Below, piece after piece: positions 25,353-31,688 of a stretch of DNA of 31,688 bases. The position numbers and the translations under genes were made by a program. Within the stretch, counting starts at the first letter, position 1; every line of letters begins with the position of its first letter. The stretch lies in NCBI RefSeq assembly GCF_051058965.1, contig NZ_CP183924.1; one strand, given 5' to 3'. Under the pieces are notes generated by a model that saw nothing but the letters and a program-made list of their open reading frames with translations, was not told the origin of the DNA and made no database searches. This DNA is from Corallococcus exiguus. GTDB lineage: Bacteria > Myxococcota > Myxococcia > Myxococcales > Myxococcaceae.

Positions 25353-26543
25353 ATGCGCAAGCCGGTGATTCGCAAGACACTCTCCGAGGAACTGTTCTTC
25401 GTCCGCGGCATGAGCCTGATGCTCGTGGTGCTGGTCCATGTGATCGGCGTGGAGCCCTTCCAGGGGGTGCGCAAGCTCTTCTCCCCGGAGCGAGCGGAGC
25501 TCCGGTTCGCCTCGGAGTTCATCCACAGCTTCAACATGGCGGTGATGATCATCGGTTCGGGCGTGGCTGTGTCACTCTTCGGCGCGCCGGACAGGTCCTT
25601 CCGGGAGTTCGCGCACAAGAAGCTGCGCAAGCTCGTCGTCCCGATGTTGGTGTGGGCGCCCGTCTTCCTCTTTGCCCATGAGTTCACCCAGGCGCGCCCG
25701 CGAACACCTGGCGGATGGCTGGCGCTGCTGGGCCGGTTCCCTGCCGCCTGGTTCCCTCCATACGCCATCTTCTGGTTCATTCACGCCCTGGTGGGCTGTA
25801 CCTGTCTGGCGTGGGTGTATCAGCGCATCGTGCCCGCCCGGTACAATTGGAACGGACTGAGCTACCTGGCACTGTCCTGGGTGTCGTATGCCGCTGTCGA
25901 GTTCCTGGAATCTCCGATGTCTGACATTGGGATGAGATACCTCCGCTTCATCCTCTTCTGGAACTGCCTCTTCGGTCTGGGAATGAGCCTGTCCCCCTGG
26001 CTGGCGCTGGCGCGCACCCGGCTGTCCCAGTTGCCTCTGGCGCTCCAGGGACTGGTGCCCTCGGGGTTCCTGGGGCTGCTGGTCTCTTTCCATGTCTCGG
26101 GGCTCGCGGAGGGGCATCTGGATCCGCGCCTGATCACGGGGCCGCTGGGCTTCTGCCTGCAATTCACCCTGGCCTTCTTCCTCCTGGGTGTTGCCCGGAG
26201 CCTGGGTGCGACGTGGAAGGGGTTGGCGAGCTGGATTGTCTACCTGGGCTCGATCAGCATGCCGCTCTACCTCTTCCACATCTATTTCGTGTCCGGGGTG
26301 AGGCTGGCTTTGGAGAAGGTGCTGCCAGGAGCGCCGCTCACGCTGCACCTGGCGCTGGGCGTGTTCGGAGGGCTGATGGGGCCCCTGGGCCTCTACCTCC
26401 TCCTGGAGAGGAATCGGGCCTTCCGCTGGAGCACCGGCCTGCGTGGTGTCCCTTTGGACACGCCCGAACTCGGCGCGAATGAGTCCCCTGGCACCCGGCC
26501 ACCTCGGGTGGAGGCATCGACCATGAAAGGGGCCGACGTATGA
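25353..26543 (+). CDS. Acyltransferase family 3 (OafA/NolL-like) integral membrane protein
   Basis: 396 aa and about 10 hydrophobic segments. The N-terminal LFFVRGMSLMLVVLVHVIGV fits the R/lRg.a.l.VvlhH pattern of PF01757 acyltransferases. It is divergent from the GT39-like gene. Confidence 0.65.
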   Translation: MRKPVIRKTLSEELFFVRGMSLMLVVLVHVIGVEPFQGVRKLFSPERAELRFASEFIHSFNMAVMIIGSGVAVSLFGAPDRSFREFAHKKLRKLVVPMLVWAPVFLFAHEFTQARPRTPGGWLALLGRFPAAWFPPYAIFWFIHALVGCTCLAWVYQRIVPARYNWNGLSYLALSWVSYAAVEFLESPMSDIGMRYLRFILFWNCLFGLGMSLSPWLALARTRLSQLPLALQGLVPSGFLGLLVSFHVSGLAEGHLDPRLITGPLGFCLQFTLAFFLLGVARSLGATWKGLASWIVYLGSISMPLYLFHIYFVSGVRLALEKVLPGAPLTLHLALGVFGGLMGPLGLYLLLERNRAFRWSTGLRGVPLDTPELGANESPGTRPPRVEASTMKGADV

Positions 26544-26599
26544 ACCCAAATGAAGTGTTGACCAGTCGCCAAAATGTTTGTGTTTCAGAGCGGGGCGGC

Positions 26600-27536
26600 C
26601 ATGCTGGCTGGCTACACCAAAATTCATGGAGGCCCCCTCTGAGCGCCTCCATTCCCTGGAGTTGTCATGGACGTGATGAGAGCCAGCAGGGTCCTGCTGC
26701 TGGGACTGGTCTTTGTCGCAGCAGGCTGTAGCAGCAAGCCACCGGAAGAGAAGACACCGGCCCAGAGCGCTTCGCCGTTGGTGGTGGAGGGGTGGACCGA
26801 GACCGCGCCCATGGCGGAGGCTCGCAAGTACCACGCGGGCGTGATGCTGCCTTCCGGCAAGGTGCTGGTGACGGGCGGCTACAACGCCAGCGGGTATCTG
26901 TCCTCCTCCACCCTCTTCGACCCCTCGACTGGCGCGTGGACAGCGGCAGCCTCCATGCCGGAGCCTCGGCAGATCCACACCGCGGCACTGCTGCCTTCGG
27001 GCAAGGTGCTGGTGGTTGGCGGAGAGAACGCGACGGGCCGCCTGGCTTCCACGGTGGTGTATTCCCCGGACACCAATACCTGGGCCTCCGCTGGGAGCTT
27101 TGCCTCGGGCGTGGCACGGGCTTCCCTGACGGCGACGCTGTTGCCTTCGGGCAAGGTGCTGGTGGCGGGCGGAGGCAACTCCGGCGGCCCCAAATTCACT
27201 GTGGATGTGTATGAGCCAGTGGCGGGAACCTGGAGCGTGGGTCCGAATCTGGGAGTGGCGCGGCGCGACCATACGGCGACGCTGCTGACGACCGGGCAGG
27301 TGCTGGTGGCGGGCGGCGTCGGGGGCGCGAGCCTGGCGACGGCGGAAGTGTATGACTCGACGAGCAATACGTGGGCTGCGACGGGAAGCCTGGCGACGGC
27401 GCGCTACAACCACACGGCGACGCGGCTGCCTTCGGGCAAGGTGCTGGTGGTGGGTGGCCGTAACAGCAGCGGGCTGCTGGCGACAGCGGAGGAGTACGAC
27501 CCGAGCACCGGGCAGTGGAGCGCGACGGACGCGCTG
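26600..27536 (+). repeat. Copy A of a tandem segmental duplication of about 940 bp (5' UTR + signal peptide + Kelch blades 1-6), about 95% identical to copy B at 30752..31688
   Basis: Direct alignment by eye: catgctggc(t/c)ggc...ggaggcccc(c)tctgagcgcctccattccctggagtt(g/a)tcatg(g/a)a..., then long identical runs (gaagagaagacaccggcccagagcgcttcgccgttggtggtggaggggtggaccgagaccgcgcc). Differences are scattered and cluster in the signal-peptide codons. Confidence 0.85.
26628..26650 (+). promoter_or_regulatory. Conserved 5'-UTR hairpin (GGAGGC - 11 nt loop - GCCTCC) 17 nt upstream of the lipoprotein start; repeated at 30779..30800
   Basis: A perfect 6-bp GC-rich inverted repeat is preserved in both duplicated copies, although the loop differs by one C. 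It is followed by CTGGAG (an SD-like sequence) and then the ATG. The function is unknown. Confidence 0.35.
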
Positions 27537-30182
27537 GGCACGGCCAGGGAGCTGCACTCGGCAACCCTGCTGAGCACCGGGAAGGTGCTGGTGACGGGCG
27601 GCATGTATGGCAGCGCAGCGACGGCCGCGCTGGCGAGCTCGGAGGTGTACGACCCGGCCACCCGGCAGTGGAGCGCGGCGACGCCGATGGCCGGTGCGCG
27701 GTACTCACATGTGGCGGTGTCGCTGGGGACGCAGGCCAAGGTGTTGGTGGTGGGCGGTATTGGCGCCACCGGCGCGAGCCTGAAGACGGCGGAGGTGTAC
27801 GGGTACGACGCGTGCGCTGGGGTGACGTGCAACAGCGCCCCGGGGGCCTGCTACGAGGCGGCGGGAACGTGCAGCAATGGCGTGTGCAGCTACGCGCTGA
27901 AGGCGGCTGGGACCACCTGCGATGACGGGGATGCGTGCACCGGGACGGACGTATGCAACGGCGCGGGCGTGTGCGCGGGAAGCGCCACCCAGTGCGACAG
28001 TCCTCCGGGGCAGTGCTACGCGGCGGCGGGCACGTGCAGCGACGGGACGTGCTCCTATTCGTACAAGGCGGCCGGTGACGCGTGTGATGACGGGGATGCG
28101 TGCACGGTGGATGAGACGTGCAACGGGGCGGGCGGGTGCGCGGGCACGCCGGTGACTTGCAGCAGCCCTCCGAGCCAGTGCTTCGAGGCAGCGGGGACGT
28201 GCAGTGAGGGCGCGTGCTCCTATGCGCCGAAGGCCGCAGGCACCGCGTGTGATGACGGCAATGGCGGTACCATCAACGATGTGTGCAGCGGAGCGGGCGT
28301 CTGCGCGGGCGTCCCGGCCTGCACGACGCCGCCGGATGCCTGCCACGGCTCACCTGGCACCTACTCCAACGGAGCGTGCACCTACCCGCCGAAGGCCGCG
28401 GGCACCCTTTGCGATGATGGCAACGCCTGCACGACGGGCGATGTCTGCAACGGTGCTGGCACGTGCGGTGGTGCGGCGCTGAGCTGCAACAGCCCTCCCA
28501 GCCAGTGCCACCAGGCCGCCGGCACCTGCTCCAACGGCACTTGTAGCTATGCGCCGAAGTCCTCGGGTGCGAGCTGTGATGACGGCAATGCGTGCACGAC
28601 GGGCGACGTCTGCAACGGCTTCGGCACCTGTGGCGGCTCGGCGCTGAGCTGCACCAGCCCTCCCAGCCAGTGCTACGAAGCGACAGGCACCTGCTCCAAC
28701 GGCACCTGCAGCTACGTGCCGAAGGCTTCGGGTGCCAGCTGTAATGACGGCAACGCGTGCACGAGCGGTGATGTGTGCAACGGTGCCGGCACCTGCGGCG
28801 GCTCGGCGCTGAGCTGCAACAGCCCGCCCAATCAGTGCTACCAGTCCGCCGGCACTTGCTCCAACGGCACCTGTTCCTACGTGCCGAAGTCCTCGGGTGC
28901 GAGCTGCGATGACAGCAACGCGTGCACGACGGGTGACGTGTGCAACGGCTCCGGCACCTGCGGCGGCACGGCGCTGAGTTGCAGCACCGCGAGCACCAAT
29001 TACTGCAGCGGAAATGACGTCCGGAAGACCACCGGCACCGGCACCTGCAGCGGTGGCTCCTGCCAGTCCACCGATGTCCTCGTGCAGTCGTGCCAGACCG
29101 GCACCAGCGGCCCCTTCTGCAGCGGCAATGGTGCCTACGAGACCGTCTACGGCGGCTGCTCCAACGGTGCCTGCACGTCCACCCAGCAGCTCATCGAGTC
29201 GTGCTCCACCTCCAGCAGCAACTACTGCAGCGGCAACACCGTCCGGAAGCTGACCGGCACCGGTTGCAGCGGCGGCTCCTGCGGCTCCACCGACACCCTG
29301 GTCCAGACGTGCTCCACCGCGAGCACCAACTACTGCAGCGGCAATGACTTGCGGCGCACCAGTGGCACGGGCACCTGCAGCGGCGGTTCCTGCGGCTCCA
29401 CGGACACCCTCGTGCAGACGTGCCAGACCGGCACCAGTGGCCCCTTCTGCAGTGGCAACGGTGCCTACCGGACCGTCTATGGCGGCTGCTCCAGCGGTGC
29501 CTGCACGTCCTCCCAGCAGCTCATTGAGTCGTGCTCTACCTCCAGCAGCAACTACTGCAGCGGCAACACCGTCCGGAAGGTTACCGGCACCGGATGCAGC
29601 GGCGGCTCCTGCGGCTCCACCGACACCATCGTCCAGAATTGCGCCACCGGGAGCAGCAACTACTGCAGCGGCAACACCGTCCGGAAGACCTCCTACACCG
29701 GTTGCAGCGGTGGTTCCTGTGGCGTCACCGACACGCTCGTCCAGACGTGCGCGACCGGCACCAGCAGCCCCTTCTGCAGCGGCAACAGCGTCTACCAGAC
29801 CGTCAATGGCGGCTGCAGCGGAGGTTCCTGCTCATCCAGCCAGCAGCTCGTCCAGACGTGCTCCACCGCGAGCACGACCTACTGCAGCGGCAACACCGTC
29901 CGCAGGACGACCGGCACCGGTTGCAGCGGCAGCGGCACCTGCGGCTCCACCGACACCCTGGTCCAGACGTGCAACAGCCAATTTGAGATGTGCAGCGATG
30001 GCGCCTGCGTCTCCAACGATGGGCTCTGGCAGTTGGTGGGTTCGTGCAGCACGAGGTGCCCATCCAATGAATGCTGGCCCCCCGTCAACCCGGACGGTCA
30101 GGACTGCAGGCCGGTGGGTTCTACCTGCTTCGCTTACGGCGGTCCCACCGGTCGTAACGAATGGAAGTGCGCGCCGTACTGA
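26667..30182 (+). CDS. Lipoprotein: 7-bladed Kelch propeller + 7 Cys-rich repeats (Myxococcus cysteine-rich repeat type) + about 9 Cys/Ser/Thr/Gly-rich repeats + Cys-rich C-terminal knot
   Basis: 1171 aa. Signal peptide with lipobox MDVMRASRVLLLGLVFVAAGCSS. Seven units of LPSGKVLVxGG...YDP.T..W (Kelch/galactose-oxidase propeller). Then 55-aa repeats C.SPP.QCy.AAGTCSNGTCSY.PK..G..CDDGNACTTGDVCNGAGTCGG, which are TIGR02232-like. Then 36-37-aa repeats CSTASTNYCSGNtVRKtTGTGCSGGSCGSTDTLVQTC. It ends EWKCAPY. Confidence 0.85.
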   Translation: MDVMRASRVLLLGLVFVAAGCSSKPPEEKTPAQSASPLVVEGWTETAPMAEARKYHAGVMLPSGKVLVTGGYNASGYLSSSTLFDPSTGAWTAAASMPEPRQIHTAALLPSGKVLVVGGENATGRLASTVVYSPDTNTWASAGSFASGVARASLTATLLPSGKVLVAGGGNSGGPKFTVDVYEPVAGTWSVGPNLGVARRDHTATLLTTGQVLVAGGVGGASLATAEVYDSTSNTWAATGSLATARYNHTATRLPSGKVLVVGGRNSSGLLATAEEYDPSTGQWSATDALGTARELHSATLLSTGKVLVTGGMYGSAATAALASSEVYDPATRQWSAATPMAGARYSHVAVSLGTQAKVLVVGGIGATGASLKTAEVYGYDACAGVTCNSAPGACYEAAGTCSNGVCSYALKAAGTTCDDGDACTGTDVCNGAGVCAGSATQCDSPPGQCYAAAGTCSDGTCSYSYKAAGDACDDGDACTVDETCNGAGGCAGTPVTCSSPPSQCFEAAGTCSEGACSYAPKAAGTACDDGNGGTINDVCSGAGVCAGVPACTTPPDACHGSPGTYSNGACTYPPKAAGTLCDDGNACTTGDVCNGAGTCGGAALSCNSPPSQCHQAAGTCSNGTCSYAPKSSGASCDDGNACTTGDVCNGFGTCGGSALSCTSPPSQCYEATGTCSNGTCSYVPKASGASCNDGNACTSGDVCNGAGTCGGSALSCNSPPNQCYQSAGTCSNGTCSYVPKSSGASCDDSNACTTGDVCNGSGTCGGTALSCSTASTNYCSGNDVRKTTGTGTCSGGSCQSTDVLVQSCQTGTSGPFCSGNGAYETVYGGCSNGACTSTQQLIESCSTSSSNYCSGNTVRKLTGTGCSGGSCGSTDTLVQTCSTASTNYCSGNDLRRTSGTGTCSGGSCGSTDTLVQTCQTGTSGPFCSGNGAYRTVYGGCSSGACTSSQQLIESCSTSSSNYCSGNTVRKVTGTGCSGGSCGSTDTIVQNCATGSSNYCSGNTVRKTSYTGCSGGSCGVTDTLVQTCATGTSSPFCSGNSVYQTVNGGCSGGSCSSSQQLVQTCSTASTTYCSGNTVRRTTGTGCSGSGTCGSTDTLVQTCNSQFEMCSDGACVSNDGLWQLVGSCSTRCPSNECWPPVNPDGQDCRPVGSTCFAYGGPTGRNEWKCAPY
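27810..28985 (+). repeat. In-frame tandem array, period 165 nt (55 aa), 7 copies: myxobacterial Cys-rich repeat units inside the lipoprotein gene
   Basis: A recurring block such as gctgagctgcaacagccctcccagccagtgc...tgcgatgacggcaacgcgtgcacgacgggcgacgtctgcaacggc appears at 28481 and 28646 (offset 165) and onward. The protein-level repeat is conserved at every Cys. Confidence 0.8.
28986..29972 (+). repeat. In-frame tandem array, period about 108-111 nt (36-37 aa), about 9 copies: NYCSGN..VRK.TGTGCSGGSCGSTDTLVQTC units
   Basis: The nucleotide blocks actgcagcggcaa(c/t)(a/g)ccgtccggaag and gcggctcctgcggctccaccgacaccctggtccagacgtgc recur at 29223, 29329, 29551, 29661, 29881 and elsewhere. Confidence 0.8.
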
Positions 30183-30234
30183 GTCGAAGTGTGAGTAGGA
30201 AACAACCCAGTCACACCCGTTGAATTCAGCGTCG

Positions 30235-30266
30235 AAGCCTCCGTGCGTCCCAACGCACGGAGGCTT
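30235..30266 (+). terminator. GC-rich stem-loop about 50 nt after the lipoprotein stop; a weak intrinsic-terminator candidate
   Basis: aagcctccgtgcg-tcccaa-cgcacggaggctt forms a 13-bp perfect stem with a 6-nt loop. Only a short TTT follows, part of it inside the stem, so a Rho-independent terminator assignment is tentative. Confidence 0.35.
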
Positions 30267-30778
30267 TGGCTCGACGGGGTGTACACCCGGAAAACCCAAG
30301 GGCGAAGGCGCCAGCAGGCCGAAGAAGACATCCGTCAGCCTGTCTCATCGCGTGATGCGTTACCGGTATTGCTCCGCGCGTCATGGATCCAGCAGCCAGC
30401 CCAAGCGCATACATTGACGGGGCTCGCTCGTGGGGTCGGTGGGACCCTCAGGCCTCTATCTCCTCCTCGAAGACATCCAGCCTTCCGATGGAACATGGGT
30501 CGATCCGGTGTCCGTATCGACACGCCCAGACCCTCGCCGGAAACGAATGCTCGGGCACGCCGTCGGCCAGACCGAGTTGCTGGCTCTCGACGCGAATGAG
30601 TCAGTCAACACCCCCGGGCGCTCAATAAATACTCACGGGGGAGCTGTCCCGCGGCCACGAACGGGGCTGCCGTATGAACTCAAACAGAGCGCCATCCCAT
30701 GAATCATTGATCATGCCCCAGGGGGCGTAGGCATGCGGGTTCTCTGTCTGGCATGCTGGCCGGCCAAAGCAAACCCTT

Positions 30779-30800
30779 GGAGGCCCCTCTGAGCGCCTCC
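30779..30800 (+). promoter_or_regulatory. Second copy of the conserved 5'-UTR hairpin, upstream of the Kelch lipoprotein paralog
   Basis: ggaggcccctctgagcgcctcc. This has the same stem as 26628..26650 and a loop shorter by one C. Confidence 0.35.
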
Positions 30801-30816
30801 ATTCCCTGGAGTTATC

Positions 30817-31688
30817 ATGAATGTGTTGAGAGCCAGCAGGGCTCTGCTGTTGGGATTTGTCTGCGTACTCGTAGGCTGTAGCAGCAAACCACCGGAAGAG
30901 AAGACACCGGCCCAGAGCGCTTCGCCGTTGGTGGTGGAGGGGTGGACCGAGACCGCGCCGATGGCGGAGGCCCGCAAGTACCAAGCGGGCGTGGTGCTGC
31001 CTTCCGGCAAGGTGCTGGTGACGGGCGGCTACAACGCCAGCGGGTATCTGTCCTCCTCCACCCTCTTCGACCCCGCGACTGGCGCGTGGACAGCGGCCGC
31101 ATCCATGCCGGAGCCCCGGCAGATCCACACCGCGGCGCTGCTGCCTTCGGGCAAGGTGCTGGTGGTTGGCGGAGAGAACGCGACGGGCCGCCTGGCTTCC
31201 ACTGCGGTCTATGACCCCGCCACCAATACCTGGGCCTCCGCGGGGAGCTTTGCCTCGGGCGTGGCACGGGCCTCCCTGACGGCGACGCTGTTGCCTTCGG
31301 GCAAGGTGCTGGTGGCGGGCGGTGGCAACTCCGGCGGCCCCAAGTTCAATGTGGATGTGTATGAGCCAGTGGCGGGAACCTGGAGTGTCGGCCCGAGTCT
31401 GGGAGTGGCGCGGCGCGACCATACGGCGACGCTGCTGACGACCGGGCAGGTGCTGGTGGCGGGCGGCGTCGGGGGCGCGAGCCTGGCGACGGCGGAAGTG
31501 TATGACTCGACGAGCAATACCTGGACGGCGACGGGAAGCCTGGCGGCGGCGCGCTACAACCACACGGCGACGCGGCTGCCCTCGGGCAAGGTGCTGGTGG
31601 TGGGTGGCCGTAACAGCACCGGGCTGCTCGCGACAGCGGAGGAATACGACCCGAGCACCGGGCAGTGGAGCGCGACGGGCGCGCTGAG
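30817..31688 (+). CDS. Kelch-propeller lipoprotein paralog, 5' part only; runs off the window end
   Basis: ATG at 30817. MNVLRASRALLLGFVCVLVGCSSKPPEEKTPAQSASPLVVEGWTETAPMAEARKYQAGVVLPSGKVLVTGG... stays open to the last base. It is over 90% identical in protein sequence to residues 1-330 of the 26667 gene. It is missing from the ORF track because no stop falls inside the window. Confidence 0.85.
   Translation, partial: MNVLRASRALLLGFVCVLVGCSSKPPEEKTPAQSASPLVVEGWTETAPMAEARKYQAGVVLPSGKVLVTGGYNASGYLSSSTLFDPATGAWTAAASMPEPRQIHTAALLPSGKVLVVGGENATGRLASTAVYDPATNTWASAGSFASGVARASLTATLLPSGKVLVAGGGNSGGPKFNVDVYEPVAGTWSVGPSLGVARRDHTATLLTTGQVLVAGGVGGASLATAEVYDSTSNTWTATGSLAAARYNHTATRLPSGKVLVVGGRNSTGLLATAEEYDPSTGQWSATGAL

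Larger units (their letters stand above)
30752..31688 (+). repeat. Copy B of the tandem segmental duplication (see 26600..27536); it extends to the window end
   Basis: Same comparison as above. Identity continues to the last base of the window. Confidence 0.85.

Noticed and set aside
25572-27557. 661-aa minus-strand ORF, and the similar ORF at 30622..31563, antisense to the Kelch lipoprotein genes
   Set aside because: The translation is low-complexity (RRQ/HQHLARRQ repeats) that mirrors the sense-strand repeat codons, and the sense strand has a strong lipoprotein/Kelch signal.
27810-29972. Regular nucleotide periodicity that could superficially resemble a CRISPR or satellite array
   Set aside because: The units are 165 and about 110 nt long, in frame, inside a CDS, and conserve every Cys codon. 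They are protein repeats and not repeat-spacer arrays. No CRISPR array is present in the window.
30243-30702. Small ORFs of 118, 81 and 90 aa in the spacer between the two lipoprotein paralogues
   Set aside because: They have no motifs, overlap in several frames, and show a composition typical of high-GC noise.

Overview
High-GC (about 65-70%) bacterial chromosomal window, most likely myxobacterial. The gene content points that way: Kelch/Cys-rich-repeat lipoproteins of the 'Myxococcus cysteine-rich repeat' type, frequent GTG/TTG starts, and dense STAND/TIR conflict genes. Positions 1 to about 22,200 form a very dense defence or conflict island. It holds seven apparently intact TIR or TIR-like genes and one TIR pseudogene remnant, arranged in at least four modules. 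(i) A minus-strand operon of three TIR-family genes (<1..2407), including a CAP12/Pycsar-type TIR-like protein. (ii) A plus-strand four-gene operon: ComEC-type MBL-fold hydrolase, CHAT protease, DUF4062-STAND ATPase with HEAT repeats, and a TIR protein (2652..10833). (iii) A TIR-NACHT protein with a C-terminal six-helix membrane domain (10886..14143), with a decayed IS3-family element lying against its 5' end. (iv) A MoxR AAA+ / vWA / beta-propeller ternary system (14938..22201), whose third component is a 1371-aa TIR-NB-ARC-TPR-WD40 protein, preceded by a further stand-alone TIR protein. To the right of a 715-bp non-coding gap carrying a tRNA-T-arm-like motif, the window returns to envelope genes with host-like GC. 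These are a GT39/ArnT-like glycosyltransferase, a family-3 acyltransferase, and two tandem paralogous Kelch-propeller lipoproteins. The first is 1171 aa with two long Cys-rich tandem-repeat arrays; the second is cut off by the window end. I found no rRNA, no intact tRNA and no CRISPR array. The long ORFs antisense to these genes in the track are high-GC artefacts.
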